The position numbers were made by a program, and so were the translations under genes. The notes under the pieces were generated by a model. The model was given only the letters and a program-made list of their open reading frames with translations. It made no database searches and was not told where the DNA came from. Shown here piece after piece: positions 8,467 through 17,518 of a DNA stretch of 37,966 nucleotides. The DNA is from an uncultured virus (IMG/VR IMGVR_UViG_3300005080_000002) (lineage: Duplodnaviria > Heunggongvirae > Uroviricota > Caudoviricetes): the IMG/VR virus record IMGVR_UViG_3300005080_000002. One strand, written 5' to 3'. Numbering within the stretch: position 1 is the stretch's first letter; each line of letters begins with the position of its first letter.

Positions 8467-9996
8467 TTAGAACGACAATCCGCCCAAGAAGTCATCAGTC
8501 TCATTAGCGATTTTATCGGCATTGACCGACGGGAGCATTGTATCAATGTCCCCTTCCACGTCCCACGGCAGCGTACCAACGTCTGCAAACTTCAATACGC
8601 CGTAACGATGCTTGATAGGAGTGTCCACCAGAGTACGGTGCTTACCACGTTGAATTTCCAGATACGCAGTGTCACCTTTCTCGGTAATGCCGATATACAG
8701 TTCCAAGTCAGCTTCGTTATCGATGGTAGTACAGCCATCGAACATGCCACGCCCAGGCAACAGTCTGACGTATTTGTCAGGATCCATAGCCTTCAACGCC
8801 TTTGCTGCCGGAGAAAGCTGGTGAGGAGAAATAACCACCATCTTACGCACGGCGCCAGTGTTACGTGCACGACGATATGTCTCACGAACTTCACTACCTA
8901 CCGTACCATTCCCCAGACCCACCTTATTGGCAACGCCCAGATAGTCAATACGGGAAGCGACCACCTGATAGCCCTGACGCTCATAGAAGTTAACGACCAT
9001 CTTAAAGGTTTCGATAGAGAAGTCAGTAGAGACGTGACGTTCGAATACATATTCCCAACCGTTGCGTTGCAGACGCTCGCGAATGAACTTCTCAGCTTCC
9101 TGAGGATCAACCTTATGCAGGTCAATCATCTCACCGGACTCATACTCCTTGATCATCTTATAGGCCAAGGGGATATTCACCGACAGCTCGTTCTCAAGCG
9201 AGATGTCTAAGAACAGACCACGCTTACCTTCTTCAACGAAGTCCTTGGCATGGTTGAATAGACACATACTGAGGAAGAGAGAAAGCGAGAATGTTGTCTT
9301 AGCATTATGCGGCAGTGCAGGAATGATGATCAACTCACCCGGAGAGATACCGCCCTTGATACCGAGCATTCGGTTCATACCGATCCATCCGGTACGATAG
9401 GATGCGCCGGAAAGTTCTTTTTTTGTCTGTTCAAATACGCCAGCGAAACCACCTTCCCCTGCGGTGCTCACGGCACCCACAAAACTGGACGGACGATCGT
9501 TGGTAGGCGGTCGATCAAATACAGCCAGCTGCTCTCTGAGCTGCGCTACTGCATCCATTGTATTGGTAGAGCCATCATTGTTGCTCAAAGCAAACATGGC
9601 CATGTTAATTTGCCGACGGAGGTTAATCCTAGCGGTAAACATTTCCAGCTGAGGTACTAGCGATGCAACAGTGGCACGTGCTTCATCAGCTGGGGTATCG
9701 ACCTCCAATACGTCAGTGATGGATTTGAGAGTACCAGTGTCAAACGGACAGCTAATACGGAAACCGTTCAAGAATTGCTTCCTGTCCCACTTGGCAGAAT
9801 TACCGATGATCTCATTGATGTAATGACGAAGATAAACCAGCGATGCACGGTCATCGCCCTCACCTACGAGATCGGGCAGTTTGATTGCATTAATGACACT
9901 TTTTATGAGAGGGTAGTGTGCCCCAACCTCATCTCCGCTGAGAGATTCGCAGTGGATGATATTGAGGCAGTTAACTAATGCGATTTTTTCTTCCAT
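8467..9996 (-). CDS. dnaB: DnaB-like replicative helicase (phiKZ gp118-like)
   Basis: 509 aa with SF4 motifs: RTGWIGMNRML.G, degenerate Walker A (ALPHNAKTT), ISLEN, RIDYL, SPHQLS, EADLELYI, IQRGKHR. Divergent from the gp119/capsid genes as in phiKZ. Confidence 0.9.
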   Translation of the reverse strand: MEEKIALVNCLNIIHCESLSGDEVGAHYPLIKSVINAIKLPDLVGEGDDRASLVYLRHYINEIIGNSAKWDRKQFLNGFRISCPFDTGTLKSITDVLEVDTPADEARATVASLVPQLEMFTARINLRRQINMAMFALSNNDGSTNTMDAVAQLREQLAVFDRPPTNDRPSSFVGAVSTAGEGGFAGVFEQTKKELSGASYRTGWIGMNRMLGIKGGISPGELIIIPALPHNAKTTFSLSLFLSMCLFNHAKDFVEEGKRGLFLDISLENELSVNIPLAYKMIKEYESGEMIDLHKVDPQEAEKFIRERLQRNGWEYVFERHVSTDFSIETFKMVVNFYERQGYQVVASRIDYLGVANKVGLGNGTVGSEVRETYRRARNTGAVRKMVVISPHQLSPAAKALKAMDPDKYVRLLPGRGMFDGCTTIDNEADLELYIGITEKGDTAYLEIQRGKHRTLVDTPIKHRYGVLKFADVGTLPWDVEGDIDTMLPSVNADKIANETDDFLGGLSF

Positions 9997-10018
9997 TGTA
10001 GAAACCCAAGGAAATGTT

Positions 10019-10606
10019 ATGGCAGATTTAATTTATGTGCCAGATTGGATGGATAGCTACTTGTCTGAGCAGGGGCTTTCCTATGATCATCTGGCGGCGA
10101 TGAATTCTTCTAATCCTATAGTAAATCGACTGGATGTAATTAATTACCATGTTGCTCAAGTCGAATTTGCTAAATTGTTGGCATATGATACCGCCACTCG
10201 CGGTTTGCCCTCAAATGTTGACAATATCTATGAAGATATACTCGGTGCGATGAAATTGCATCCGTCGAGGGATGTCGAAACTTCTGTCCAGGTTAACCTT
10301 GCGAAAGGTAAGCGTGATATCAACTTTGGCTGTCTTGTACAAGGCGCCACCGGCCCTAGCAATCTGTCGTTTAAATACGAGGCCAGCTCGACCGGCAAGA
10401 TTGTTTATATTATAGGGATGTGCTGTGTCCAAGCATCTGGCGAGGACTGTACGGTTTCTGAGATTTCTCGATCGGTTATGAAAGGGGTTCTGGAGGCTGC
10501 TCATGGCAGTCTGCGAGTCTATTCAGGGCAGGTCGATAAGTCGACGGTACTTCGCGAGAATCCAGTTCTCGCCACATTCTATGTGAACAGTTTGTTAGCA
10601 AGCTAG
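10019..10606 (+). CDS. Conserved protein upstream of the capsid gene (phiKZ gp119-like), 195 aa
   Basis: Start reassigned to ATG 10019 (RBS AAGGA; MADLIYVPDW); sits between dnaB and the capsid gene. Confidence 0.65.
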   Translation: MADLIYVPDWMDSYLSEQGLSYDHLAAMNSSNPIVNRLDVINYHVAQVEFAKLLAYDTATRGLPSNVDNIYEDILGAMKLHPSRDVETSVQVNLAKGKRDINFGCLVQGATGPSNLSFKYEASSTGKIVYIIGMCCVQASGEDCTVSEISRSVMKGVLEAAHGSLRVYSGQVDKSTVLRENPVLATFYVNSLLAS

Positions 10607-10657
10607 CGCTAACGTCAACATAGCCCTTACTTAATTAAGTAGAAAAGGAAACTCCTG

Positions 10658-12912
10658 ATGGCAAAGATCAATAAAACCCGAGACCATTCTCAGCAACAAC
10701 GCCGCGTCTCTGAACGACGAAGGCCTGGTTAAGCACCTGGTCGGTATGGAGAACTTCAACGAGTACGCCCCGCGCGCTACCGTTGGCGACTCCATCAGCC
10801 AGACCCTGGAATCCACCCTGCACAAAGAGCTCGGCCTGCGTGAAGGTGGTTTCACCAAGGCACAGCTGGAAGCTGCTTCCATCGTAGCCATGGCCTCTGC
10901 TGACCCGGTTGCCTACGCCCAAACCGCGATGAACACCCAGTTCGCCGGTCTGGAGTCTGGCCAGATCGATGCCCCGATGGTCATTGGCGGTTCCTTCGGC
11001 CACGCTGACGTGTTCAGTGGTCAGTCTGTTGGTCTGGAATACTTCAACGAGACCTCCCTGGATACCCACATGGCTACCTCGCTGGTGTTCAACCTGCAAG
11101 CTGCCCGCCAGGACGAGTTCTGCGAAGCGTTCTTCCGCACCATCACCATCGACCCGTCCGAGTGTGGCATGTTGGTGGAAATCAACAAGACCATGGTTCA
11201 CCGCGCCGTTCGCCACGCGATCAACGCCAAGGACAGCCAGCCGTACGAGCGTCGTAACGTCCTGGATGCGGCCACCGACTTCTCCGTTCTGGAAGATCGT
11301 GCCGTAGACTTCGTGCCCTACTTCAACGTAGACGGCAGCCGTGACGACGAGTTCTGCCCGGCCAGCCTGCACCAGCCGGTCGTACGTCGTGTTGAAAACG
11401 CACACATCCGTACCAACCCGCTGCGCTTCACCGCGAAAGACAAGCGCCTGATGGAGCTGTCTGCTCACCCCGGCCTGGTAACTTCCGGTATCCTGGACGA
11501 GTCCGACGAATTCGACGGCCGCGTTGCTCTGGAAAACCTGTACATCCTGGCCAAGAAGAAAGGCGAAGACGACAGCAAGGGTAAACTGCTGAAGTTCCAA
11601 ACTGGCATGCTGGCCCGTGCGTCCTTCAACAAGTCCCAGGAAGGCGATGGTCGCGAGATGTCCCNNNNNNNNNNNNNNNNNNNNNNNNNNNNNNNNNNNN
11701 NNNNNNNNNNNNNNGGAGTTCCGTAATGCGCACTTCACCATTACCAAGGACACCAAGGCCGTTGACAACTCCGACGTTCCTGCCCTGGAAGAACTGGGTG
11801 CCAACAAGTACACCCTGATCGTGACCGTTCGCGTGAACGCCAACGTCAACCTCCAGACCGGTATCGAATCCGCCATGGTTTCCAGCGTAACCATCGTTGG
11901 CCTGCGTGACGAAGCTGGTAAAGACATCTCCTGGACCGACGGCGCCGGTAAGCAAATCGTCGATGGTATCGATCTGGCGGGCTACTGCTACGATTACAAG
12001 ATGACTCGCTCCAACAGCAACCGTCGTTCCAAGGGCCTGCTGGTTGACTCCGTCACCGAGCGCGAGCGTTACAAGATTCAGCTGGGCTCCCCGATCACTT
12101 CCCGTAAGCCGGTCGGCCGCACTGACAACAACGCTGCTCTGAACGACCTGATCACTACCGCCCGGATGCGCAACAACAACCTGGCCATCACCAAGCTGCT
12201 GAACTACACCGAGCAGCTGGACCAAGTTGTTCAAGGCATCACCAACGATTACGAAATTCCGTCTATCGAAGGTGCCGGTCGTCACTACATCCGCCCGTGG
12301 TTCGAGCGTGTGACCTTTGACGCCCAGAAACAGACCGCTGCACTCCAGTCCGACGACGTGCCGAACGCTCTGCGTGCTGCACTGCTGACCGTACTGCGTG
12401 ATCAAGTTGTCCGTGCCTACCAAGAGTCCCGCTTCCAGCCGGCTCTGGAAATGCTCTCCGGTTACACCATCAGCAAGCCCTTGGTGATCATCGGTACCGA
12501 CATCACCACCGGTAACTGGCTGTGGGAGAAAGGCGATCTGCGTACCCTGGGCGACCAGTTCAAGTACAAGATCGTTACCACCACCGACTTCCGCTTCAAC
12601 GGTCGTCTCCAGTGGGTCTTCTCCGTAGGTGAAGAAGGTTACAGCTGCCTGAACTTCGGTAACTTCCTGTGGGTGCCGGAGCTGGTGACCGACACCAACC
12701 TGACCCGTAACGACGCCGTAGCGAACGAAATCACCGTTCAACCGCGTTGCTACCACGTTGTTAACTGCCCGATCACCGGCGTGATCATGGTTGTAGGTCT
12801 GTCCGACTACGTCACCAGCAAGCCGTCCATCGGTGTTCAGCGCATGACCGCCCTGGGTGGCGTCATCGAAGACAACGTGATCGAAACTCCGGTTGGTCCT
12901 ACCACTCCGTAA
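10658..12912 (+). CDS. Major capsid protein (phiKZ gp120-like); apparent +1 frameshift near 10673-10679 and N gap at 11665-11714
   Basis: Two ORF halves (10746-11664, 11715-12912) with extreme codon bias. Motifs FNLQAARQDEFCEAFFRTITIDP, SNSNRRSKG, VIIGTD, LNFG, VQPR. Strong RBS at ATG 10658 and a terminator downstream. About 734 aa if both discontinuities are single-base. Confidence 0.92.
11665..11714. other. Assembly gap (50 N)
   Basis: Run of n; the capsid reading frame differs across it. Confidence 1.
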
Positions 12913-12940
12913 GATCTACGTCGATGTAAAATAAAAAGAT

Positions 12941-12973
12941 GAGCTGGGGGAAACCCCAGCTCTTTTCTTTTTT
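12941..12973 (+). terminator. Intrinsic terminator after the capsid gene
   Basis: GAGCTGGGG-GAAA-CCCCAGCTC followed by TTTTCTTTTTT. Confidence 0.9.
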
Positions 12974-13038
12974 GTGTTTTGTCTTATTATTTACAGGGAT
13001 ATACATGGTATGTAAACTGCCACCCTCACTTGTAAAAA

Positions 13039-13063
13039 TATTGAAACATATATTATTAAAGTG
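13039..13063 (+). promoter_or_regulatory. Early-type promoter variant
   Basis: TATTGAAACATATATTATTAAAGTG aligns without gaps to the other three copies. Confidence 0.65.
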
Positions 13064-13077
13064 ATGGAGGTTGTATA

Positions 13078-14028
13078 ATGATAGAAACTGTCATACCGAC
13101 TATTGCTGTAGCCGACGTTTCCGCAAGACGTGGGCAATTTACACAGCATATCGAATATACCAATCAACTAGGCTACCCCATCGCAGTCATTCTAAAGAAT
13201 GGTATGAACGCAGTAATTCACCCTGCGATGAGTATCCAGACCAATGGTACCTTTACCATAACGGTGACATATTCAGCGAACCACCATAGTACGCTCAATC
13301 AATTGTCATCCTTCTATAAGGAGAATCCTGACCTATCTAAGAAGTTACGGGAGCTATCGGCTAAAAGTCAAAACTATAAAACCGCCATCATTACGTATAC
13401 GCTAACTGATGAGCAGGTAGATGTAGATGGAGCGGTATATCTAGAAGAACTGGATATAATGCTCAAGACATCGATGGATGACCAAACAGTACATCCAGGG
13501 TCTAGGTTTAACGTCGCTATGACTAAGCCGCCAGATACGGCTGTGTCTATCGAGTTAACCGGTTGTGGAATGGAAGGAGCCGTGTATTTTGTATTGTTCG
13601 GTAATACTGTACTCCGACTACAGAATAAAGGCTTCGGCATAGATAGACCGGTGCTAAATTTCACAATCGATGGCGAGCTATCTGGCGCGCCAATGTACCT
13701 AGATAAAACCGATGTCCACGTAACTGAATCCGATGCGCAAGAAGAACTAAAACTCCGTCAGTCGTCGTATAACGACATTAACGGGGAACTACTTAAAGGA
13801 GTTAAAGCACACGCAGAAGGTCACTATAAGCTCATTAGTGGCAGTTCGAAAGATTTCGTATCTGAGAGTAGCGAACTGGTTGGTTCGGTCAATGATATGT
13901 CTTCTGCAATTGGTAAGTTGGAGAATGAGATCGCCGATGCAAGAGTCCATCAGCGAAAAGTGGCGGGCGAAACAATCAAGCTAGTATCGCCTATTGTAAC
14001 AACAATCGGAAAAGTTGTGGCCCTATAA
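13078..14028 (+). CDS. Conserved hypothetical protein (phiKZ gp122-like by synteny)
   Basis: 316 aa, RBS GGAGG; stop overlaps the RNAP start (TAATG). Confidence 0.65.
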   Translation: MIETVIPTIAVADVSARRGQFTQHIEYTNQLGYPIAVILKNGMNAVIHPAMSIQTNGTFTITVTYSANHHSTLNQLSSFYKENPDLSKKLRELSAKSQNYKTAIITYTLTDEQVDVDGAVYLEELDIMLKTSMDDQTVHPGSRFNVAMTKPPDTAVSIELTGCGMEGAVYFVLFGNTVLRLQNKGFGIDRPVLNFTIDGELSGAPMYLDKTDVHVTESDAQEELKLRQSSYNDINGELLKGVKAHAEGHYKLISGSSKDFVSESSELVGSVNDMSSAIGKLENEIADARVHQRKVAGETIKLVSPIVTTIGKVVAL

Positions 14029-15662
14029 TGATCAACGATGCATTAGCAGTAGTGCGTGAAAGAATGCCAAAGTTGAACCCACTTATCTGTGAGGGCATTG
14101 CCTATCACCAGATGAAGTCTGTAGAGTCAGCGGTTAATAACCTGCTAATTACTGCATTCAGACGGGACGGGGAATATAACGGGGAAGGTCTACCGGATTC
14201 ATTCCAGTATCTGCGCTTTGAACGGACAACGCCAGATGAAGATTTTCTTGAACGGGTTAAACGAAATAAATCAGGCAGGGGGAAAGCACGACCAGGGATC
14301 AACATGGCAGAGACAGACACGTATCTCATACGCTGTCATTTCGAAAACGATGGTGAAGGCTTCATTAAGCATATCGCTATCCCATTCGCTCGGCCAGGTG
14401 GACTTATCAACATGCTTGGGACTACATACGGTATTGCGGCCGTACTCAAGACACGCGGTTTGTCCTTAACAACGAAGGGCTATTTCGCCGAATTCCCTCG
14501 TTGCAAAGTAAACTTTGATTGGTTAGCAGACAGTTACTACATCAATGGTACCATCGAGCATGTTTACATGCCGTACAGTACCTCCCTCCATACCAAAGCA
14601 AAAAGGCAGAAGACATACGTGCCGCCGTTGGCATGTTGGCTATTTGCCAAGTACGGGTTATTTGAAACATTCGAAGAGTTCCTTGGTGTCAGCATTGAGG
14701 TCTATGAGACCACCGATCCCAAGCTACTCACCCTTGACACTAACAAGTATTGCGTCTGCCGTGCTACCAAGCCGTTGCGTGGTGCCGAGCCAGAAATAGC
14801 AATCGTAATCAAAAAGGCTGACCTTTCGCCGCAAGCGAAAATCCTCATCGGGACTGTCTTCTATATTGCCCGATCCTATCCCGACCGCGTAGTCAAAGCG
14901 TATGTCGGTGAGCCGAGACTGTGGATGATCATGTTGGGCTTTGCCATCTTTGGTAAAAGTCGCGTGTTCTCCGAAATTCGTATTGTTGATGAGATTCGCA
15001 CGCACTTCTCGAATATCGAACGTGCGCTTGATGTCAACTTCAAGAACGAACTGATTTCTGTCGGTGTTGAATGCAGTACGATTTATGAGTTCCTGTTCTA
15101 CGTCATCAACAAGATGACCGAGCGTACAGGCGGTGAAATGTCGAGTATGGCCAATCTGTGGGGTCGCTATTACACGACCACGGAATACGTCATCCGTGAT
15201 TTGCGTGAAGCAATTTTCAATGCGCACTATGCCATTGTTAAAGCTGCACGTAAAACGGGTGGTGCTCCGGTGTCTACTGCACAGATAGACCACATCCTCA
15301 ACAGTCAGCTGAATCAGGACGTCATCAATAACATCAACTCCGGTCACGGAGAGATTACGCCGTTCATGGTAGCTACCGATAACATGTTTATCGGCCTGAC
15401 ATCCCACTGTATCGATCAGACTGATGCACGTAAGCGTCCAGGTGGTAAGAAAGTATTCGATACTTCTGACCCCTCACGCCACATGCACGCTTCGTTCCTC
15501 GAAGCTGGTTCTGTAGCCCACCTGCCAAAATCCAATCCGATTGGTCCGTACCGGATCAATGGTCGAGTTAAAATTGACCACTTTGGACGCATTATGGAGA
15601 AGGAAGAGAATGTCAAAGACATGCGACTCCTTCAGCAGGATTTCCGGGCCAAAGGCCTTTAA
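14028..15662 (+). CDS. Non-virion RNA polymerase beta subunit, N-terminal part (phiKZ gp123-like)
   Basis: 544 aa. N-terminal MPKLNPLICEG, IPFARPGGLINMLGTTY and C-terminal HMHASFLEAGS...PKSNP recall gp123; expected position downstream of the capsid gene. Confidence 0.8.
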   Translation: MINDALAVVRERMPKLNPLICEGIAYHQMKSVESAVNNLLITAFRRDGEYNGEGLPDSFQYLRFERTTPDEDFLERVKRNKSGRGKARPGINMAETDTYLIRCHFENDGEGFIKHIAIPFARPGGLINMLGTTYGIAAVLKTRGLSLTTKGYFAEFPRCKVNFDWLADSYYINGTIEHVYMPYSTSLHTKAKRQKTYVPPLACWLFAKYGLFETFEEFLGVSIEVYETTDPKLLTLDTNKYCVCRATKPLRGAEPEIAIVIKKADLSPQAKILIGTVFYIARSYPDRVVKAYVGEPRLWMIMLGFAIFGKSRVFSEIRIVDEIRTHFSNIERALDVNFKNELISVGVECSTIYEFLFYVINKMTERTGGEMSSMANLWGRYYTTTEYVIRDLREAIFNAHYAIVKAARKTGGAPVSTAQIDHILNSQLNQDVINNINSGHGEITPFMVATDNMFIGLTSHCIDQTDARKRPGGKKVFDTSDPSRHMHASFLEAGSVAHLPKSNPIGPYRINGRVKIDHFGRIMEKEENVKDMRLLQQDFRAKGL

Positions 15663-15666
15663 TCAT

Positions 15667-15691
15667 TTTTCAAGCATATATTACAATAGTG
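15667..15691 (+). promoter_or_regulatory. phiKZ-type early promoter
   Basis: TTTTCAAGCATATATTACAATAGTG, with TATATTAC core. Confidence 0.8.
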
Positions 15692-15722
15692 CATAAGCAC
15701 AGTAATTCACCCAGGAGTAAAC

Positions 15723-17444
15723 ATGGCTAACATCCGCATCCCGTCGAACTTAGAACAGCGCGACGTAGAAGACATCATTGAGAGTGCTATCTCCGCGATG
15801 GAATCTTCCAACGATCCGATTGAGCGGGACGTCACGGACCTTTGTGCAGAGAGCCGTTATAACAACCGCACTGCCGACGATTTCTTCCAGATCGTCGTAA
15901 ACGTATTTTCGTACGGTGCAGAGCAAGCATTCGATAAGAACATCGATCCGTTCGAAAGTCGTAACTTCAGCAAGCTGGTAGACGGAGGCCTGAATATGGC
16001 CTTCGCTTGCATTGCTCTGGACGATCGCCAAATCTCCCGTGAGTGCAGTCGTGACGAGATCGATGACATGCAAGCGTTGCGCGACGATTACGAGGTTATC
16101 AAACGTGATGTAGGTGGCTCCCGTGGCGGTGGCCGCCGTGGTGGTCGGGACCGTGGGCGCGATCGTAATGATCGCAATGACCGTCACGAGCGCAATAGCC
16201 GCGGTGGGCGTAGCGGTGGGCGTAGTGCTCGCCGTAGCGGTCGTCGTGGTGACGGGGCTAACAACCAGCCAACTGCGTACCGCACGCGTGAACGCGAGGA
16301 GGAATATGTGGAGGAACGTGAAACCCGCCGCCGCGATACTCCACGCAATAACGTGGTTGATATCTCCGAGCTGCGTAATCGCCAAGTCGTGGCTGTCAAC
16401 AGTCAGACCGGTACCGGTCATGTATACAACCCGTCCAATACGATCGTTGCTGCGATCGAAGAAGACGGCAAATTCATCGAGGTATTGAAAGCCGTGGAAG
16501 ACTACAGCAAACACGAACTGCGGCGTTCACTGCTCACACATGAGCAAGATCGCCGTGTAGTACCGCTGGTGAAGTTCAAGGATACGTCTGAAAACGTAGT
16601 TGCCGAGAACGATGACCCGGTAGAAGTGTATGTGGCACCGAACGCCATCAAGATCGATCTCCCGCTGATCAACTTTGATCCGCTGATGATCGCAGTAGCC
16701 GCGCATCCTGTCATGTCCGAGCACAGTGCCAAGATCAATCTGGTGCAAGCGATCTTCCAGGCCAAGTTCACGCTGCCGTATGACTTGGCCGGTATTGTGA
16801 CCACCCTGACCGACTTCAACACGTTTGAAGGCTGGTACAAGGTACTCAATGCTATGCGTAGCTTCGCCGTAAACAAGGACACGCCGGAAGAAGATACTGT
16901 GCACATCATGACCGAGGTTACTCGCCTCGATCAGATGCTAGCAGCTCTGTTCAACGGCTATATGACTACGCTGGGCTATCCGAAGGTTAAGCTCACCAAG
17001 TTCATCGAGTCCTGGTCTGATGCATCGGAGTGGCTGAGTCATCGGGATCAAGCAGATTTGAATGACGAATTCACTGAATTCGAAACCAAGCTGTTTGCAT
17101 CCAACATGAAGGTAGCGCTGCCGTCGCTGCGGGCAGTAGAAGATGGTGAAGATAGCGTGCCGGTAACTGTACCGACATTCTTCATCGAACGTTCTGCCAT
17201 CCTGGTACAGTACGTAGGTAGCATCGTTGGCGATGAGGTAGAGTTCTCCCGTACTGGCGAACCGTGCACTATCACCTTCGACGACACCCCCGACTTCTAC
17301 ACTTCCTGCAATCGCCTGGCCAAGCGTCGTAAAGATCGCTTCTCCATGGCAGACATCTACATGACCGATTCCGTCGGTCGCCTGATCGTCGTAGGTGTGC
17401 GTGAAAACAACAGTGGTCCCATCCGGGCTACCATGTACCGCTAA
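15723..17444 (+). CDS. Hypothetical protein with an Arg/Gly-rich low-complexity region
   Basis: 573 aa, RBS AGGAG, own early promoter and terminator. Confidence 0.8.
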   Translation: MANIRIPSNLEQRDVEDIIESAISAMESSNDPIERDVTDLCAESRYNNRTADDFFQIVVNVFSYGAEQAFDKNIDPFESRNFSKLVDGGLNMAFACIALDDRQISRECSRDEIDDMQALRDDYEVIKRDVGGSRGGGRRGGRDRGRDRNDRNDRHERNSRGGRSGGRSARRSGRRGDGANNQPTAYRTREREEEYVEERETRRRDTPRNNVVDISELRNRQVVAVNSQTGTGHVYNPSNTIVAAIEEDGKFIEVLKAVEDYSKHELRRSLLTHEQDRRVVPLVKFKDTSENVVAENDDPVEVYVAPNAIKIDLPLINFDPLMIAVAAHPVMSEHSAKINLVQAIFQAKFTLPYDLAGIVTTLTDFNTFEGWYKVLNAMRSFAVNKDTPEEDTVHIMTEVTRLDQMLAALFNGYMTTLGYPKVKLTKFIESWSDASEWLSHRDQADLNDEFTEFETKLFASNMKVALPSLRAVEDGEDSVPVTVPTFFIERSAILVQYVGSIVGDEVEFSRTGEPCTITFDDTPDFYTSCNRLAKRRKDRFSMADIYMTDSVGRLIVVGVRENNSGPIRATMYR

Positions 17445-17448
17445 TAAA

Positions 17449-17478
17449 GCTAGGGGCTTCGGCCCCTAGTTTTTTTTT
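17449..17478 (+). terminator. Intrinsic terminator (+)
   Basis: GCTAGGGGC-TTCG-GCCCCTAGT followed by a T-run. Confidence 0.9.
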
Positions 17479-17490
17479 GCCGTGACGCAT

Positions 17491-17514
17491 AAAAGAGGAG
17501 GCCGAAGCCTCCTC
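17491..17514 (-). terminator. Intrinsic terminator (-) for the portal gene
   Basis: On the minus strand GAGGAGGC-TTCG-GCCTCCTC followed by TTTTATGC. Confidence 0.85.
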
Positions 17515-17518
17515 GGTA

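Noticed and set aside
8467..9996. Intein or intron in dnaB, the RNAP subunit or the portal gene
   Set aside because: Lengths look ordinary for these families, and I saw no intein terminal motifs or homing-endonuclease motifs.
10628..10641. Perfect 14-bp palindrome TACTTAATTAAGTA before the capsid RBS as an operator
   Set aside because: Single AT-rich occurrence with no second copy noticed; cannot be distinguished from chance or a simple leader hairpin.
10668..12756. Long antisense ORFs over the capsid gene; similar ones at 6164-6796, 8464-9210, 17807-19438, 23188-24144, 28985-29869 and 30910-31749
   Set aside because: Shadow frames produced by codon bias of real genes on the other strand; no recognisable protein motifs.
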